This document shows positions 11,001 to 19,538 of a DNA stretch of 64,000 nucleotides, in pieces; the first letter of the stretch is position 1, and every line of letters starts with the position of its first letter. The stretch is from Vulcanimicrobiota bacterium (GTDB lineage: Bacteria > Vulcanimicrobiota > Xenobia > Xenobiales > QWHO01), in the NCBI GenBank assembly GCA_039809865.1, contig JBDHVW010000023.1, positions 14,947 to 78,946 on the forward strand, read 5' to 3'. The translations under genes and the position numbers were made by a program. Below the pieces are notes generated by a model. That model made no database searches, had not been told where the DNA came from, and was given only the letters and a program-made list of their open reading frames with translations.

Positions 11001-12743
11001 GCCGAGCGCAATCGCATGTTCCGGCTGCCGCGCTCGACCTGGGACGACTATGACAAGTCGCTCATCAGTGCGGGCGGCGGCGTGCATCCCCGCCACGCCA
11101 AGAGCATCAAGCTCACTCCCGAGGTGAAGAAGGCCCTGCGGATCGAGGCCGACGCCCTCAGCGGCGACGATCTCGTCAAGGCAATCTTGCGCTCCCCGGT
11201 GGACCTGCTCTGGAACGGCGGCATCGGCACCTACGTGAAGGCCACTTCGGAGCGCAACGCCGAGGTGGGCGACTCCAACAACGACCAGGTGCGCATCGAC
11301 GCCCACGAGCTGCAGTGCCGCGTCATCGGCGAAGGCGGCAACAACGGCCTCACCCAACTGGCCCGCATCGAATACGCGCGGCTGGGCGGGCGCATCAATA
11401 CCGACGCCATCGATAACTCGGCCGGCGTGGACATGTCCGACCACGAGGTCAACATCAAGATCCTGTTCCAGCCTTTGCTGCAGAGCGGCAAGCTTACGCT
11501 CGAGGAGCGCAACACCATCCTGGGCGAGATGACCGACGAGGTCAACAAGCTGGTGCTCTACGACAATTTCCGCCAGTCGATGGCGATCAGTATGGCGGAA
11601 CGACGGTCCAAAGAGGACATCGGGCTGTTCAGCACCCTGATCGACTACCTCGAATGGCGCGGCCCCCTCAAGCGCGAGGTGGAGTTCCTGCCCGACCAGA
11701 AGGCTATTCTGGAGCGCCAGCGCAACGGCGAGGGCCTCACCCGGCCGGAGCTGGCCATCGTGCTGGCCTACAGCAAGATGGGCCTGTATCGGCGCCTGCT
11801 GGACACCGACTTCCCCGAGGAGCCGCACTTCCAGCACTACCTCACCAACTACTTCCCTACGCTGATGCAGCAGCGTTTCCCCGAGGAGATCAAATCGCAC
11901 CAGCTGCGGCGCGAGATCATCGCCACCCAGTTCACCAACAAGGTGGTGGACATTCTGGGCATCACGTTCGTGCACCGCACCATCCGGAACACCGGGGCCA
12001 CGCCCGTGGCGGTGGTGCGCTCGGCGCTGATGGCGCTGGAGATCCTCAACTTCGACTCCCTGCTCGAGGACATCTTCGCGCTGGACAACAAGGTGGCCGC
12101 CGCGGCCCAGTACGACGCGCTCTGGAGCGCGCTGGAGACGGTGGAGAGCGTGGTCAACCAGATGCTGCTCATCCACGGCGTCACCGGCTCTGTCAGCGGG
12201 TTCGTGCAGGCCTATCGCGATCCGCTGATGGACATCCGCAACCGTTTCCCCGACCTCTTGCCGGCCAACGAGCAAGAGCTGTTCAACGCGCGTCGGCGCG
12301 AGTTCGAGACGCATGGTTTCCCGGCCGAGCTCGCGCGGCAGATCGCCACACTGGCTTACTTGCCCAGCGGCCTGGGCGTGGTGGACGCCAGCCGCAAGGC
12401 CCAGGTCGGCATCGAGAAGGCGGCCCAGCACTATTACGCGCTGGGTGACCGCCTGGCGCTCGGGTGGCTGCGCATCCGCCTGGCGCGGCTGGCCGGCACC
12501 GACAAATGGGAGACGATCGCGCTCGAGGGTCTCATCATGGACCTCCGCCAACTGCAGCTCCGGCTCTCGTTGGGCAGCTTGCGGCACGGCAGCTCGCCCC
12601 AGGCCTTCCTGGACAGCCTGGGCGAGCGGGTGCGCCGCTACGAGATGGCTCTGACGGAGATCCGTGAGAGCCAGAAGCTCTCGCTTGCCTCCTGCGGCGT
12701 GCTGGCCCGGCAGCTCTCGCAAATGGCCCAGACCCTGGCATGA
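8013..12743 (+). CDS. gdh: NAD-specific glutamate dehydrogenase, large (about 180 kDa) bacterial type
   Basis: 1576 aa from ATG 8013 ([15 protein letters not shown]). Contains the signature region [38 protein letters not shown] characteristic of the Bac_GDH family. The track ORF start at 7761 is an upstream in-frame extension without a start context. Confidence 0.9.
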   Translation: [1576 protein letters not shown]

Positions 12744-13132
12744 AGGCGCCTACGCTGCAGTATTCCCTGGCCTGCCTGGGAGTGGACGAGCGACATGGCC
12801 CGCCCAGCTTCAACTACGTGTTCTACCGGCTGCCGCTGGCGGGCTTCCCGTATCGGTTTCCGGCCGACGCGGGCTTCTTTCTGGTCAACGCGTGGTGTGA
12901 CGGCGAAGGCACCTTCAAGCAGCGCTGCGTGATCAGCTCGCCCGAGGGCCAGACGTTGATGGATACCGGCCTGCGCGAGTTGTCCCTGGACAGCCCTCAC
13001 GCCATCGACCAGCAAATCTACTTCTTGCAGGGCTTCACGTTCCCCAGCGCCGGGTTCTACCCGGTCCGGGTCTATCTGGACGAGAAGCCCGTGCTGGAAT
13101 ATTTCCTCGAGGCTTACGAGGCCCCGGAATAG
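12740..13132 (+). CDS. Hypothetical protein (130 aa)
   Basis: ATGA overlap with the gdh stop, non-biased composition (W, Y, F, C present), co-oriented. Confidence 0.5.
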   Translation: MKAPTLQYSLACLGVDERHGPPSFNYVFYRLPLAGFPYRFPADAGFFLVNAWCDGEGTFKQRCVISSPEGQTLMDTGLRELSLDSPHAIDQQIYFLQGFTFPSAGFYPVRVYLDEKPVLEYFLEAYEAPE

Positions 13133-13147
13133 AGGAGCGGTACCGGT

Positions 13148-13513
13148 ATGAGCCTGCCAGACTATCTCGGGGACCTGGCGCGCGGGATCCGCGAAGGTCA
13201 GGAATATGACGCGCACGAGTTGGCCGTTGTTTCTCTGCGGGTGACCGAGCACATCGAGAACCTGTATGCCGAGCTGGAGGCCGATCCCGCGCCCGAGGGG
13301 CTGGAGAGCCTGGACGACGCCACCCAGGAGGCGGCGAACCTCTTCGCCGAGGCGGCCGAGCTGATCATGCGGGCCAACCAGGAAGGCGACCCCTCTCTGG
13401 CAGAAAAAGCACTGGAGTGCGTCCAGGAGGCCTCGGACACGTTGCGGCTGGTGCGCCAGAAAGCCCTCGAGAACAAGACCATCCTGGACGAGGAAGTGGG
13501 GGCGAGCTACTGA
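13148..13513 (+). CDS. Hypothetical acidic protein (121 aa)
   Basis: Follows the previous ORF by 15 nt, E/D/A-rich helical composition, same operon orientation. Confidence 0.5.
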   Translation: MSLPDYLGDLARGIREGQEYDAHELAVVSLRVTEHIENLYAELEADPAPEGLESLDDATQEAANLFAEAAELIMRANQEGDPSLAEKALECVQEASDTLRLVRQKALENKTILDEEVGASY

Positions 13514-13514
13514 C

Positions 13515-14225
13515 ATGGATGCGATTGGCGAGCTCAACGTAAGGGTCGGGCTGAACCTCTGGGGCGGCTCCTCGATGGCCCCGATGGCCTTTCGGCGGCC
13601 GGCCGCCCCCGTGGAGGGGATTCACACCATCGAGCGGGCCCGGGTGGCCCAGGAAAACCTGTCCAAGATCCTCTTTGGCTCCGATCTCTCGGCCGACGAG
13701 CTGCAGGCCTACCGGGCGCGGCTGATGCGCGCGATGGACCTCTCCGACAACCTCGAGGATATGGACGATCGTCTGCCCGAGGTCAAGGAGAAGCCCGTCG
13801 GCGGTCCGCGCGGCAGTTATCATGTCGGCAGCGTGCGCTGGACGCCCGCGCCCGAGTTCCAACTCAAACCGCCGCCCGACTCGATCACGACCTCGCCCCT
13901 GCAACAGGTTCATTCGGTCAGCCTGCTGGAGCGGATTAACGCTTGCTCCGATTGCGGCGTGGCCAAGGGTCCCGACCGCACCGAGTGCGGCCAGTGCGGC
14001 GCAGTCGAGCGACAGCGCGTCTCGCGTGTCGGCATTTTCGTGGCTGCGGCCGGCGAGATGGAGGAAGCCGGCGAGGATGCCGTCGACCTTTCTTATGCCG
14101 GCCTGCAGAAGCTCACCGAGCCCCGCCACGGCGCCGAGCTCGTCAGCACCCGCATGCCGCCGCGCCACATGCGCCGCTTCGAGATGCTGAAGCTCGGTCA
14201 GGACCAGGAGCAGAGAGCGGCCTGA
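13515..14225 (+). CDS. Hypothetical protein with C-terminal CxxC-x12-CxxC zinc-ribbon
   Basis: Starts 2 nt after the previous stop. Motif CSDCGVAKGPDRTECGQCG. Confidence 0.5.
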   Translation: MDAIGELNVRVGLNLWGGSSMAPMAFRRPAAPVEGIHTIERARVAQENLSKILFGSDLSADELQAYRARLMRAMDLSDNLEDMDDRLPEVKEKPVGGPRGSYHVGSVRWTPAPEFQLKPPPDSITTSPLQQVHSVSLLERINACSDCGVAKGPDRTECGQCGAVERQRVSRVGIFVAAAGEMEEAGEDAVDLSYAGLQKLTEPRHGAELVSTRMPPRHMRRFEMLKLGQDQEQRAA

Positions 14226-14285
14226 GGTTCCAGCCTTAGCGTTCCTACTTCGCGGGCTCGGCGGCGCGGGTTGTCTTGCTCGCGG

Positions 14286-14600
14286 GCCTCGGGTGGCTAA
14301 CTCAGGTTTGCATTAGCCGAGGTCTACCGGTTCATTGCTCTGGTGGCTGACCGGGGAATCTGCCTTTGTCGGGTCTCTTTCGTCGGCCGGTTTTGCTCGG
14401 GTGGCTGACTCAGATTTTGCCCTTTGGGTCGGTTTTCGTCGGCCCTTTGCTCGGGTGCTGACTCGGCTCGGGTGCTGACTCGGGTTTGCCTTTGTCGGCC
14501 GGTTTTGCTCGGGGGCTGACTCAGGGTTTGCCCTTTCGGGTCTGTTTTCGTCGGCCGTTCTGCTCCGGGTGTCTCGGGGGGCTGAGTCAGGGCCTGGTGG
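14286..14600. repeat. Degenerate tandem repeat array (about 5-6 copies of a 55-60 bp unit with core GCTCGGGTGGCTGACTCAG and TTTGCCCTTTGGGTCGGTTTTCGTCGGCC)
   Basis: Direct reading: the GCTGACTCAG / GGCTGAGTCAG cores recur at about 14399, 14452, 14470, 14510 and 14578, with conserved TTTTGCTCGGG spacers. Confidence 0.7.
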
Positions 14601-15748
14601 CGTCGGGCGCGGGGGTGCTTTCGTTTCGGGGGGGTTGGCGGTGGCAGCTCGGCCCCGGCGTATTCCGGGAATTTGTCGAGATACTTCGTGCGCTTGACCC
14701 ACGGTTTGTGCGGCCGGAAGGGCTTTCTTGGACGGATGGGGCACGGCGTCAGCTTGGGCTCGAAGGTCGCGAAGGCGACCCGTCGAGGCTGTCCGGCCAG
14801 GACCCTTTGCAGCAGCCTCTCATGGCTGCGCCGGGGGATCGGGCACAAGACCCGTTGGGCCTTCTCTTTCTCGAGCTCGGTGAGACACAGTCTCACCTGT
14901 AGGTCTTCATTCAAGCAGGTCAGGAAATCGCGGGCCTCGGAGGTCCACAGGTCGCCCGCTCGGTCCCAGTAGGGCGAGTTCGGCCGGGCCAGCTTGCGGT
15001 CGCGAGCCAACCCGCGCAGCAAGGGGATCAACGCCGCCCTGCCGTTTCCCGCTTGCAGCCAGGCCGCCCCCTCGTGATAATGGCGTTCGGCTCGGCCCAT
15101 CGGAACCTGTCGGTATTGCTCCACAGCGTCGACCGGTCGCCCCGCCCGTTGCAGCGCCTCTCCGTAGGCCAGCCGCTCCTCGGCGCTGGGACACTTTTTG
15201 ACAAGCTCGGCCCGCACCGGCAGCGCCTCCTGCCGCTGGTGCCGACGCTCGAGAACCTCCGCCAATGGCTTCAGGCCTTCGGGACCCGCCTTCCGCAGGA
15301 GTCTCTCGGCCTTCTCGAGGTGGCCCGCCTCGGCCAGCCTCAACGCCCGCTCCACGCGCGTGCCGCTCCGGAGCCTCCGCTCAAGCTGTTGACCGAGCTT
15401 CAGCAGCTCTCGTTGCGCCTCTCGTAACCGCTGGGGGTCGTGCTCGGCCGCGAGACTGGCCGCCAGGCTACGCGCTGCTCGGACGACGCGCGGAGCGCGT
15501 TTGGGAGCCGACTCCGCCTCGCCCACGGCTCTTTCCGCCCGCTCGCGCAGTGCGGTCCAGTCGGGCTTGAGCTCGGGGAACCGGCTCTGGACGTGCTCCT
15601 GCAACTCCGTCCAACGCTCGCTCTGAAGCGCTCTCGCCAGGCCAACTCTGTCGCCGAAAGCCCAGATTTGGCACTGGCGCACGCTTCTGCGCCCATCTCG
15701 CTGGGAGTGGACCAGGCTGTAGCGGTGACCTTTGTGCAGAAGAAACAT
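14324..15748 (-). CDS. Hypothetical Arg/Glu-rich helical protein with repetitive Pro/Gln/Thr-rich C-terminal tail
   Basis: Track ORF 474 aa. The N-terminal 380 aa are non-biased (W, Y, C, H present). The tail is encoded by the tandem DNA repeat array at 14286..14600, so the 3' end is uncertain. Confidence 0.4.
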   Translation of the reverse strand: MFLLHKGHRYSLVHSQRDGRRSVRQCQIWAFGDRVGLARALQSERWTELQEHVQSRFPELKPDWTALRERAERAVGEAESAPKRAPRVVRAARSLAASLAAEHDPQRLREAQRELLKLGQQLERRLRSGTRVERALRLAEAGHLEKAERLLRKAGPEGLKPLAEVLERRHQRQEALPVRAELVKKCPSAEERLAYGEALQRAGRPVDAVEQYRQVPMGRAERHYHEGAAWLQAGNGRAALIPLLRGLARDRKLARPNSPYWDRAGDLWTSEARDFLTCLNEDLQVRLCLTELEKEKAQRVLCPIPRRSHERLLQRVLAGQPRRVAFATFEPKLTPCPIRPRKPFRPHKPWVKRTKYLDKFPEYAGAELPPPTPPKRKHPRARRHQALTQPPETPGAERPTKTDPKGQTLSQPPSKTGRQRQTRVSTRAESAPEQRADENRPKGQNLSQPPEQNRPTKETRQRQIPRSATRAMNR

Positions 15749-15758
15749 CGTCGATAAC

Positions 15759-15793
15759 CTTGTAGTTCAGAAATTCCAAATCGGAACTACAAG
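15759..15793. promoter_or_regulatory. Perfect 10-bp inverted repeat CTTGTAGTTC-N15-GAACTACAAG just upstream of the start of the 14324..15748 gene
   Basis: Seen directly. Candidate operator or 5'-UTR hairpin in an AT-richer intergenic stretch (15749..16087). Confidence 0.4.
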
Positions 15794-16087
15794 ATCCTCT
15801 ACGGCAAGTTGTACCTCTAGCGACTGAACCTGGCTGGAGGGTGATGAGGCCTGTGCTGGCGTTCGTGCCAATCGCATTGCCGAAGAGGCCTCCCCGGCTT
15901 AAAGTGCTTCGAGCACGAAAGCTTGTGGAGTCGGCGCCTGGTCGCGAAGATGTTCGTGTGCCTTGGCGCCCGCCCCGTCTTGTTCCCCACGCCGGCTCGC
16001 GCGCAGGCGTTCTCGACTCGAAGCTGTTCTGGGGCCGAGCTTGGACCGTGAGCCAGGAGTTCGACCGGATGATTCGAAACGCCCCGG

Positions 16088-16699
16088 ATGAAGAAACTCA
16101 CAACGTTTTTGCTCGTTCTTGCTCTGGCGGCGTTGGTTCAGGCCCAGGCCATCCAGGTCAGCGTCAATCGGCCTGCCAACGGCGCAACCGTCGAAAAGAA
16201 GTTTACCCTCACCGGTACCGCCACGCCTTCGATGATCGTCGAGTGCACCGGCGACCTGCGCGGCAGCGTCTATGCGGACGCGTCCGGCAACTGGCGCATT
16301 CCGCTCGACGCCACGTCTCTCGAGACCGGCGCGGTCATCAACCTGACCGTGCAGGCCCGTGACAATGCCAACAACCGCAGCCGCTCCGTGCAGGTGCAGT
16401 ATGCTCTCAAAGATGGTACGGGCAGCGACGTCACCATTCAGGTGAGCGTGAACACGCCCGCCAACGGCGCCACGGTCGGGAACAGCTTGACGCTGCGGGG
16501 CACGGCGACCCCCGAGATGATCGTGGAGTGCACCGGCACCCTGCGCGGCAGCGTTTACGCTGACAAGCAGGGCAACTGGAGCATTCCGCTCGACGCCAGC
16601 GGCGTGGCCGGGGGCGCTCTCATCAACCTGAGCGTCATGGCCAAGGACAGCTACGGTCACGTGAGCCGGACGGTCACGGTCGAATACGCCAAACGATGA
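16088..16699 (+). CDS. Secreted protein with two tandem about 95-aa Ig-like repeats
   Basis: Signal peptide MKKLTTFLLVLALAALVQAQA. Internal duplication (QVSVNRPANGATV...IVECTGDLRGSVYAD and QVSVNTPANGATV...IVECTGTLRGSVYAD). Confidence 0.75.
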   Translation: MKKLTTFLLVLALAALVQAQAIQVSVNRPANGATVEKKFTLTGTATPSMIVECTGDLRGSVYADASGNWRIPLDATSLETGAVINLTVQARDNANNRSRSVQVQYALKDGTGSDVTIQVSVNTPANGATVGNSLTLRGTATPEMIVECTGTLRGSVYADKQGNWSIPLDASGVAGGALINLSVMAKDSYGHVSRTVTVEYAKR

Positions 16700-16736
16700 C
16701 TTAACGCGCGAGCGTATCGGCCGACATATCCACCGC

Positions 16737-18719
16737 ATGGTATCGGCGCGTTGGGCGGACACTCAGAGGCTGGTCAGCCGGTTCTTTTGGACGGCGGCCG
16801 GCCTCCTTCGTTGGGTGCCGAGGCCCATCCGGGCGGGCCTGGCTCTGATTGCCCTGGTCCTGGGGCTGACTCCGCTCATCGGGATCGGGGCGGGATTCCA
16901 GAATGCTTTCCCGGGCGGCCTGGTGGCCGCCGTGCTGACCGTGGCGGGTGCCGCGCTGACACTGACGGCGTGGCGCGACGAAGCAGACTTCCCCGGGATG
17001 CCCGATTGGCTCCCGAGTTGGGCCGCGATGACGATGGCCGGCGTGCTGGGCGGAGTGTGGCTGGAGTTCCTGAGTCAAAGCGAGATCAGCGACGCCTGGG
17101 CCAACTTCGTCATGGCCGGCGCGGCCGTGATGATCGGGCTGGTCTTTTCGCTGCTGTACTTGATGCGGTCCCTCAAGAAGCGGCTGCTAGAGATGAACCG
17201 TCTCGAGCAGGCGGCGCGCGCGGCGGAAAAGGCCAAAGGCGATTTTTTGGCGACCATGAGCCACGAGATCCGCACTCCAATGAACGGCATCCTGGGCATG
17301 AGCCACTTGCTGGCTCAGACCGAGCTCACGGGCGAGCAGCGGGAGTACGTGCAGACCGTGCAGCAGGGCGGCAAGCTTTTGCTGGCGCTGATCGACGACA
17401 TCCTGGACTACTCCAAGCTCGAATCGGGTAAGCTGGAGCTCGAGCGCATCTGGTTCAGCCTGCGCGAGGAGCTCGATTGCGTCGCCGCAAACCTGGCGCC
17501 GATCGCCCAGACGAAAGGCCTGGAGTTCTTACTCGACGTCGACCCGCACGTCCCCGATTGCCTCCAGGGAGATCCGACGCGCCTCAAGCAAGTGCTGATC
17601 AACCTGCTTTCCAACTCGATCAAGTTCACCTTCTCGGGATTCGTGCGTCTGCGCGCTTACACGCGTAAGAATCGGCTGCTCCTGGCCGTGATGGATTCAG
17701 GCTGCGGGGTCTCGCCCGAGCAACAGAAGAAGCTTTTCACTCCCTTCACCCAGGCCGACGCCTCGGTGACGCGGCGCTATGGGGGCACGGGTCTCGGACT
17801 CAGCATTTGCCTGCGTCTGGTCGAGGCCATGCAGGGAACCATGATGATCGATAGCGCCGAGGGCGAAGGGACGACCATCCGATTCAGCATCCCTCTCGTC
17901 AGCGAGGGGGGGGCGCCGGCCCACGGTCTCGGGCCGCGCCTGCTCGTGGTGGATACGCTTCACGACAGCCTGCAATGCCTGGGCCGGCAGGTCCGCTCGA
18001 CCGGGTTTGCCGTGGAGCTGATCCCCAGCGTCGAGGACGCCTTCCGCAAAGGCCACGAGGACCCGTCGGCCTTCCGCGCTTTGCTGGTGCGCTTGCGGGG
18101 TGACGAAAAGTGGCCCGAGAGCTTCCCCCCGGTGCCGGTCTATCAGTTGGTGCCGTACTCGGAGTCGGCCCAGCGTGAGGAGCTGCAGTCGCGCTCGAGC
18201 ATCGCCGGTTGTTTGCTGGTTCCGTTGTCGGCCCAGAATCTGCGAGCCAAGTTGATGGAGGCCCTTCTGCCCAAGGCCGCTCCGCCTCCGCAGCGCATCC
18301 CCAGTCGCCCCGAGCGAATTTTGTTGGTGGAGGATAATCCGGTCAACGCGCGCCTGGCTACCAAGGTGCTCGAAAAGGGCGGTTACCGGGACGTGGTTCT
18401 GGCGGGAGACGGGTTGAGCGCGATCGAGGCGGTGCGGAAGAACAATTTCGACCTGATCCTGATGGACTACCACATGCCCGACATGGATGGGCTCACGGCT
18501 ACCGAGCGCATTCGGGAGCTGGAGATCCAGACGGGGCGCCGCCGCGTCCCTGTGCTGGCGGTGACCGCCAGCGTTCGTTTGGAAGACCGGGAAGCCTGTA
18601 TGGCCGCGGGCATGGACGCCTTCGTCGGCAAACCCCTCGACCCGGACCGCCTCTACTTCGAGATGGAACGTCTGCTCCAGGCCTCGAACGAGATGGAGCT
18701 ACTGGCCCAGGCTTCCTAG
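16737..18719 (+). CDS. Hybrid sensor histidine kinase / response regulator (membrane N-terminus, HisKA, HATPase_c, C-terminal REC)
   Basis: H-box MSHEIRTPMNGILGM, G-box GGTGLGLSI, receiver ILLVEDNPVNARLA...DLILMDYHMPDMDG. Confidence 0.85.
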   Translation: MVSARWADTQRLVSRFFWTAAGLLRWVPRPIRAGLALIALVLGLTPLIGIGAGFQNAFPGGLVAAVLTVAGAALTLTAWRDEADFPGMPDWLPSWAAMTMAGVLGGVWLEFLSQSEISDAWANFVMAGAAVMIGLVFSLLYLMRSLKKRLLEMNRLEQAARAAEKAKGDFLATMSHEIRTPMNGILGMSHLLAQTELTGEQREYVQTVQQGGKLLLALIDDILDYSKLESGKLELERIWFSLREELDCVAANLAPIAQTKGLEFLLDVDPHVPDCLQGDPTRLKQVLINLLSNSIKFTFSGFVRLRAYTRKNRLLLAVMDSGCGVSPEQQKKLFTPFTQADASVTRRYGGTGLGLSICLRLVEAMQGTMMIDSAEGEGTTIRFSIPLVSEGGAPAHGLGPRLLVVDTLHDSLQCLGRQVRSTGFAVELIPSVEDAFRKGHEDPSAFRALLVRLRGDEKWPESFPPVPVYQLVPYSESAQREELQSRSSIAGCLLVPLSAQNLRAKLMEALLPKAAPPPQRIPSRPERILLVEDNPVNARLATKVLEKGGYRDVVLAGDGLSAIEAVRKNNFDLILMDYHMPDMDGLTATERIRELEIQTGRRRVPVLAVTASVRLEDREACMAAGMDAFVGKPLDPDRLYFEMERLLQASNEMELLAQAS

Positions 18720-18929
18720 CTCAATTCGGGCAGGTCTTCTCGGGAAGCGCGCAGATCGGGGGGAATGGGGGCGCCGCCAGCGGCCAGAATGCCTCCCACC
18801 ATGGCGGCCGTCGTGTCGAGGTCGCCCAGACCCCGCACCGTCTCGTACAGGGCCTCGCATAGTCCGCGCGGCGCGCCGCGCTCCAGAGCACGTAGGGAAA
18901 CATATCGTCCGCGGTGACGCGGAGTGCTT

Positions 18930-19538
18930 CTAGCTCGCCCACGAGCAGATCGGGCACTGCCGCGGGTCGTGGCGGAGCGCCGGGCAATACTGGCGGCCGA
19001 AATAGATGATTTGCAGGTGGAGCTTGTTCCAGTGTTTGCGGGGAAAGAGCGCCTTCAGGTCGCGCTCGGTCTCGACCACGTTCTTGCCGCTCGAAAGGCC
19101 CCAACGCTGGGCCAGGCGGTGGATGTGCGTGTCGACCGGGAAGGCGGGCTCGCCAAAGGCCTGGGCCATGACCACGGAGGCGGTTTTGTGGCCCACGCCG
19201 GGCAGCGCCTCCAGCTCCTCGAAGCTGCGCGGAACCTGTCCGTCGTGCTCGGCGACCAGTTTCCGGGCCAGGGCGCGCAGGTTGCGAGCCTTGGAGGGCG
19301 CCAGCCCGATCGCCCGGATCAGCTCCTGGATCTCGGCAACCTCCAGCGCGGCCAGCGCCACGGGCGTGTCGGCCCGCGCGAACAGGGCCGGGGTGATCTC
19401 GTTCACCTTCTTGTCGGTGGTCTGCGCGCTCAACAGCACCGCCACCAGCAGGGTAAACGGGTCGCGGTGAGCGAGCGGGATGTCCACCGTGGGGTAGAGC
19501 TCGTCGAGAATCTTTTGGATGCGCGTGGCTTTACGCAC
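18930..19538 (-). CDS. nth: Endonuclease III (HhH-GPD DNA glycosylase with 4Fe-4S cluster)
   Basis: LPGVGHKTASVV helix-hairpin-helix motif and C-terminal CPALRHDPRQCPICSWAS cluster motif. Overlaps the malQ stop by 8 nt. Confidence 0.9.
   Translation of the reverse strand: MRKATRIQKILDELYPTVDIPLAHRDPFTLLVAVLLSAQTTDKKVNEITPALFARADTPVALAALEVAEIQELIRAIGLAPSKARNLRALARKLVAEHDGQVPRSFEELEALPGVGHKTASVVMAQAFGEPAFPVDTHIHRLAQRWGLSSGKNVVETERDLKALFPRKHWNKLHLQIIYFGRQYCPALRHDPRQCPICSWAS

Noticed and set aside
10146-12722. 858-aa minus-strand ORF
   Set aside because: It lies entirely inside the gdh gene on the opposite strand. A typical high-GC antisense ORF with no conserved motifs.
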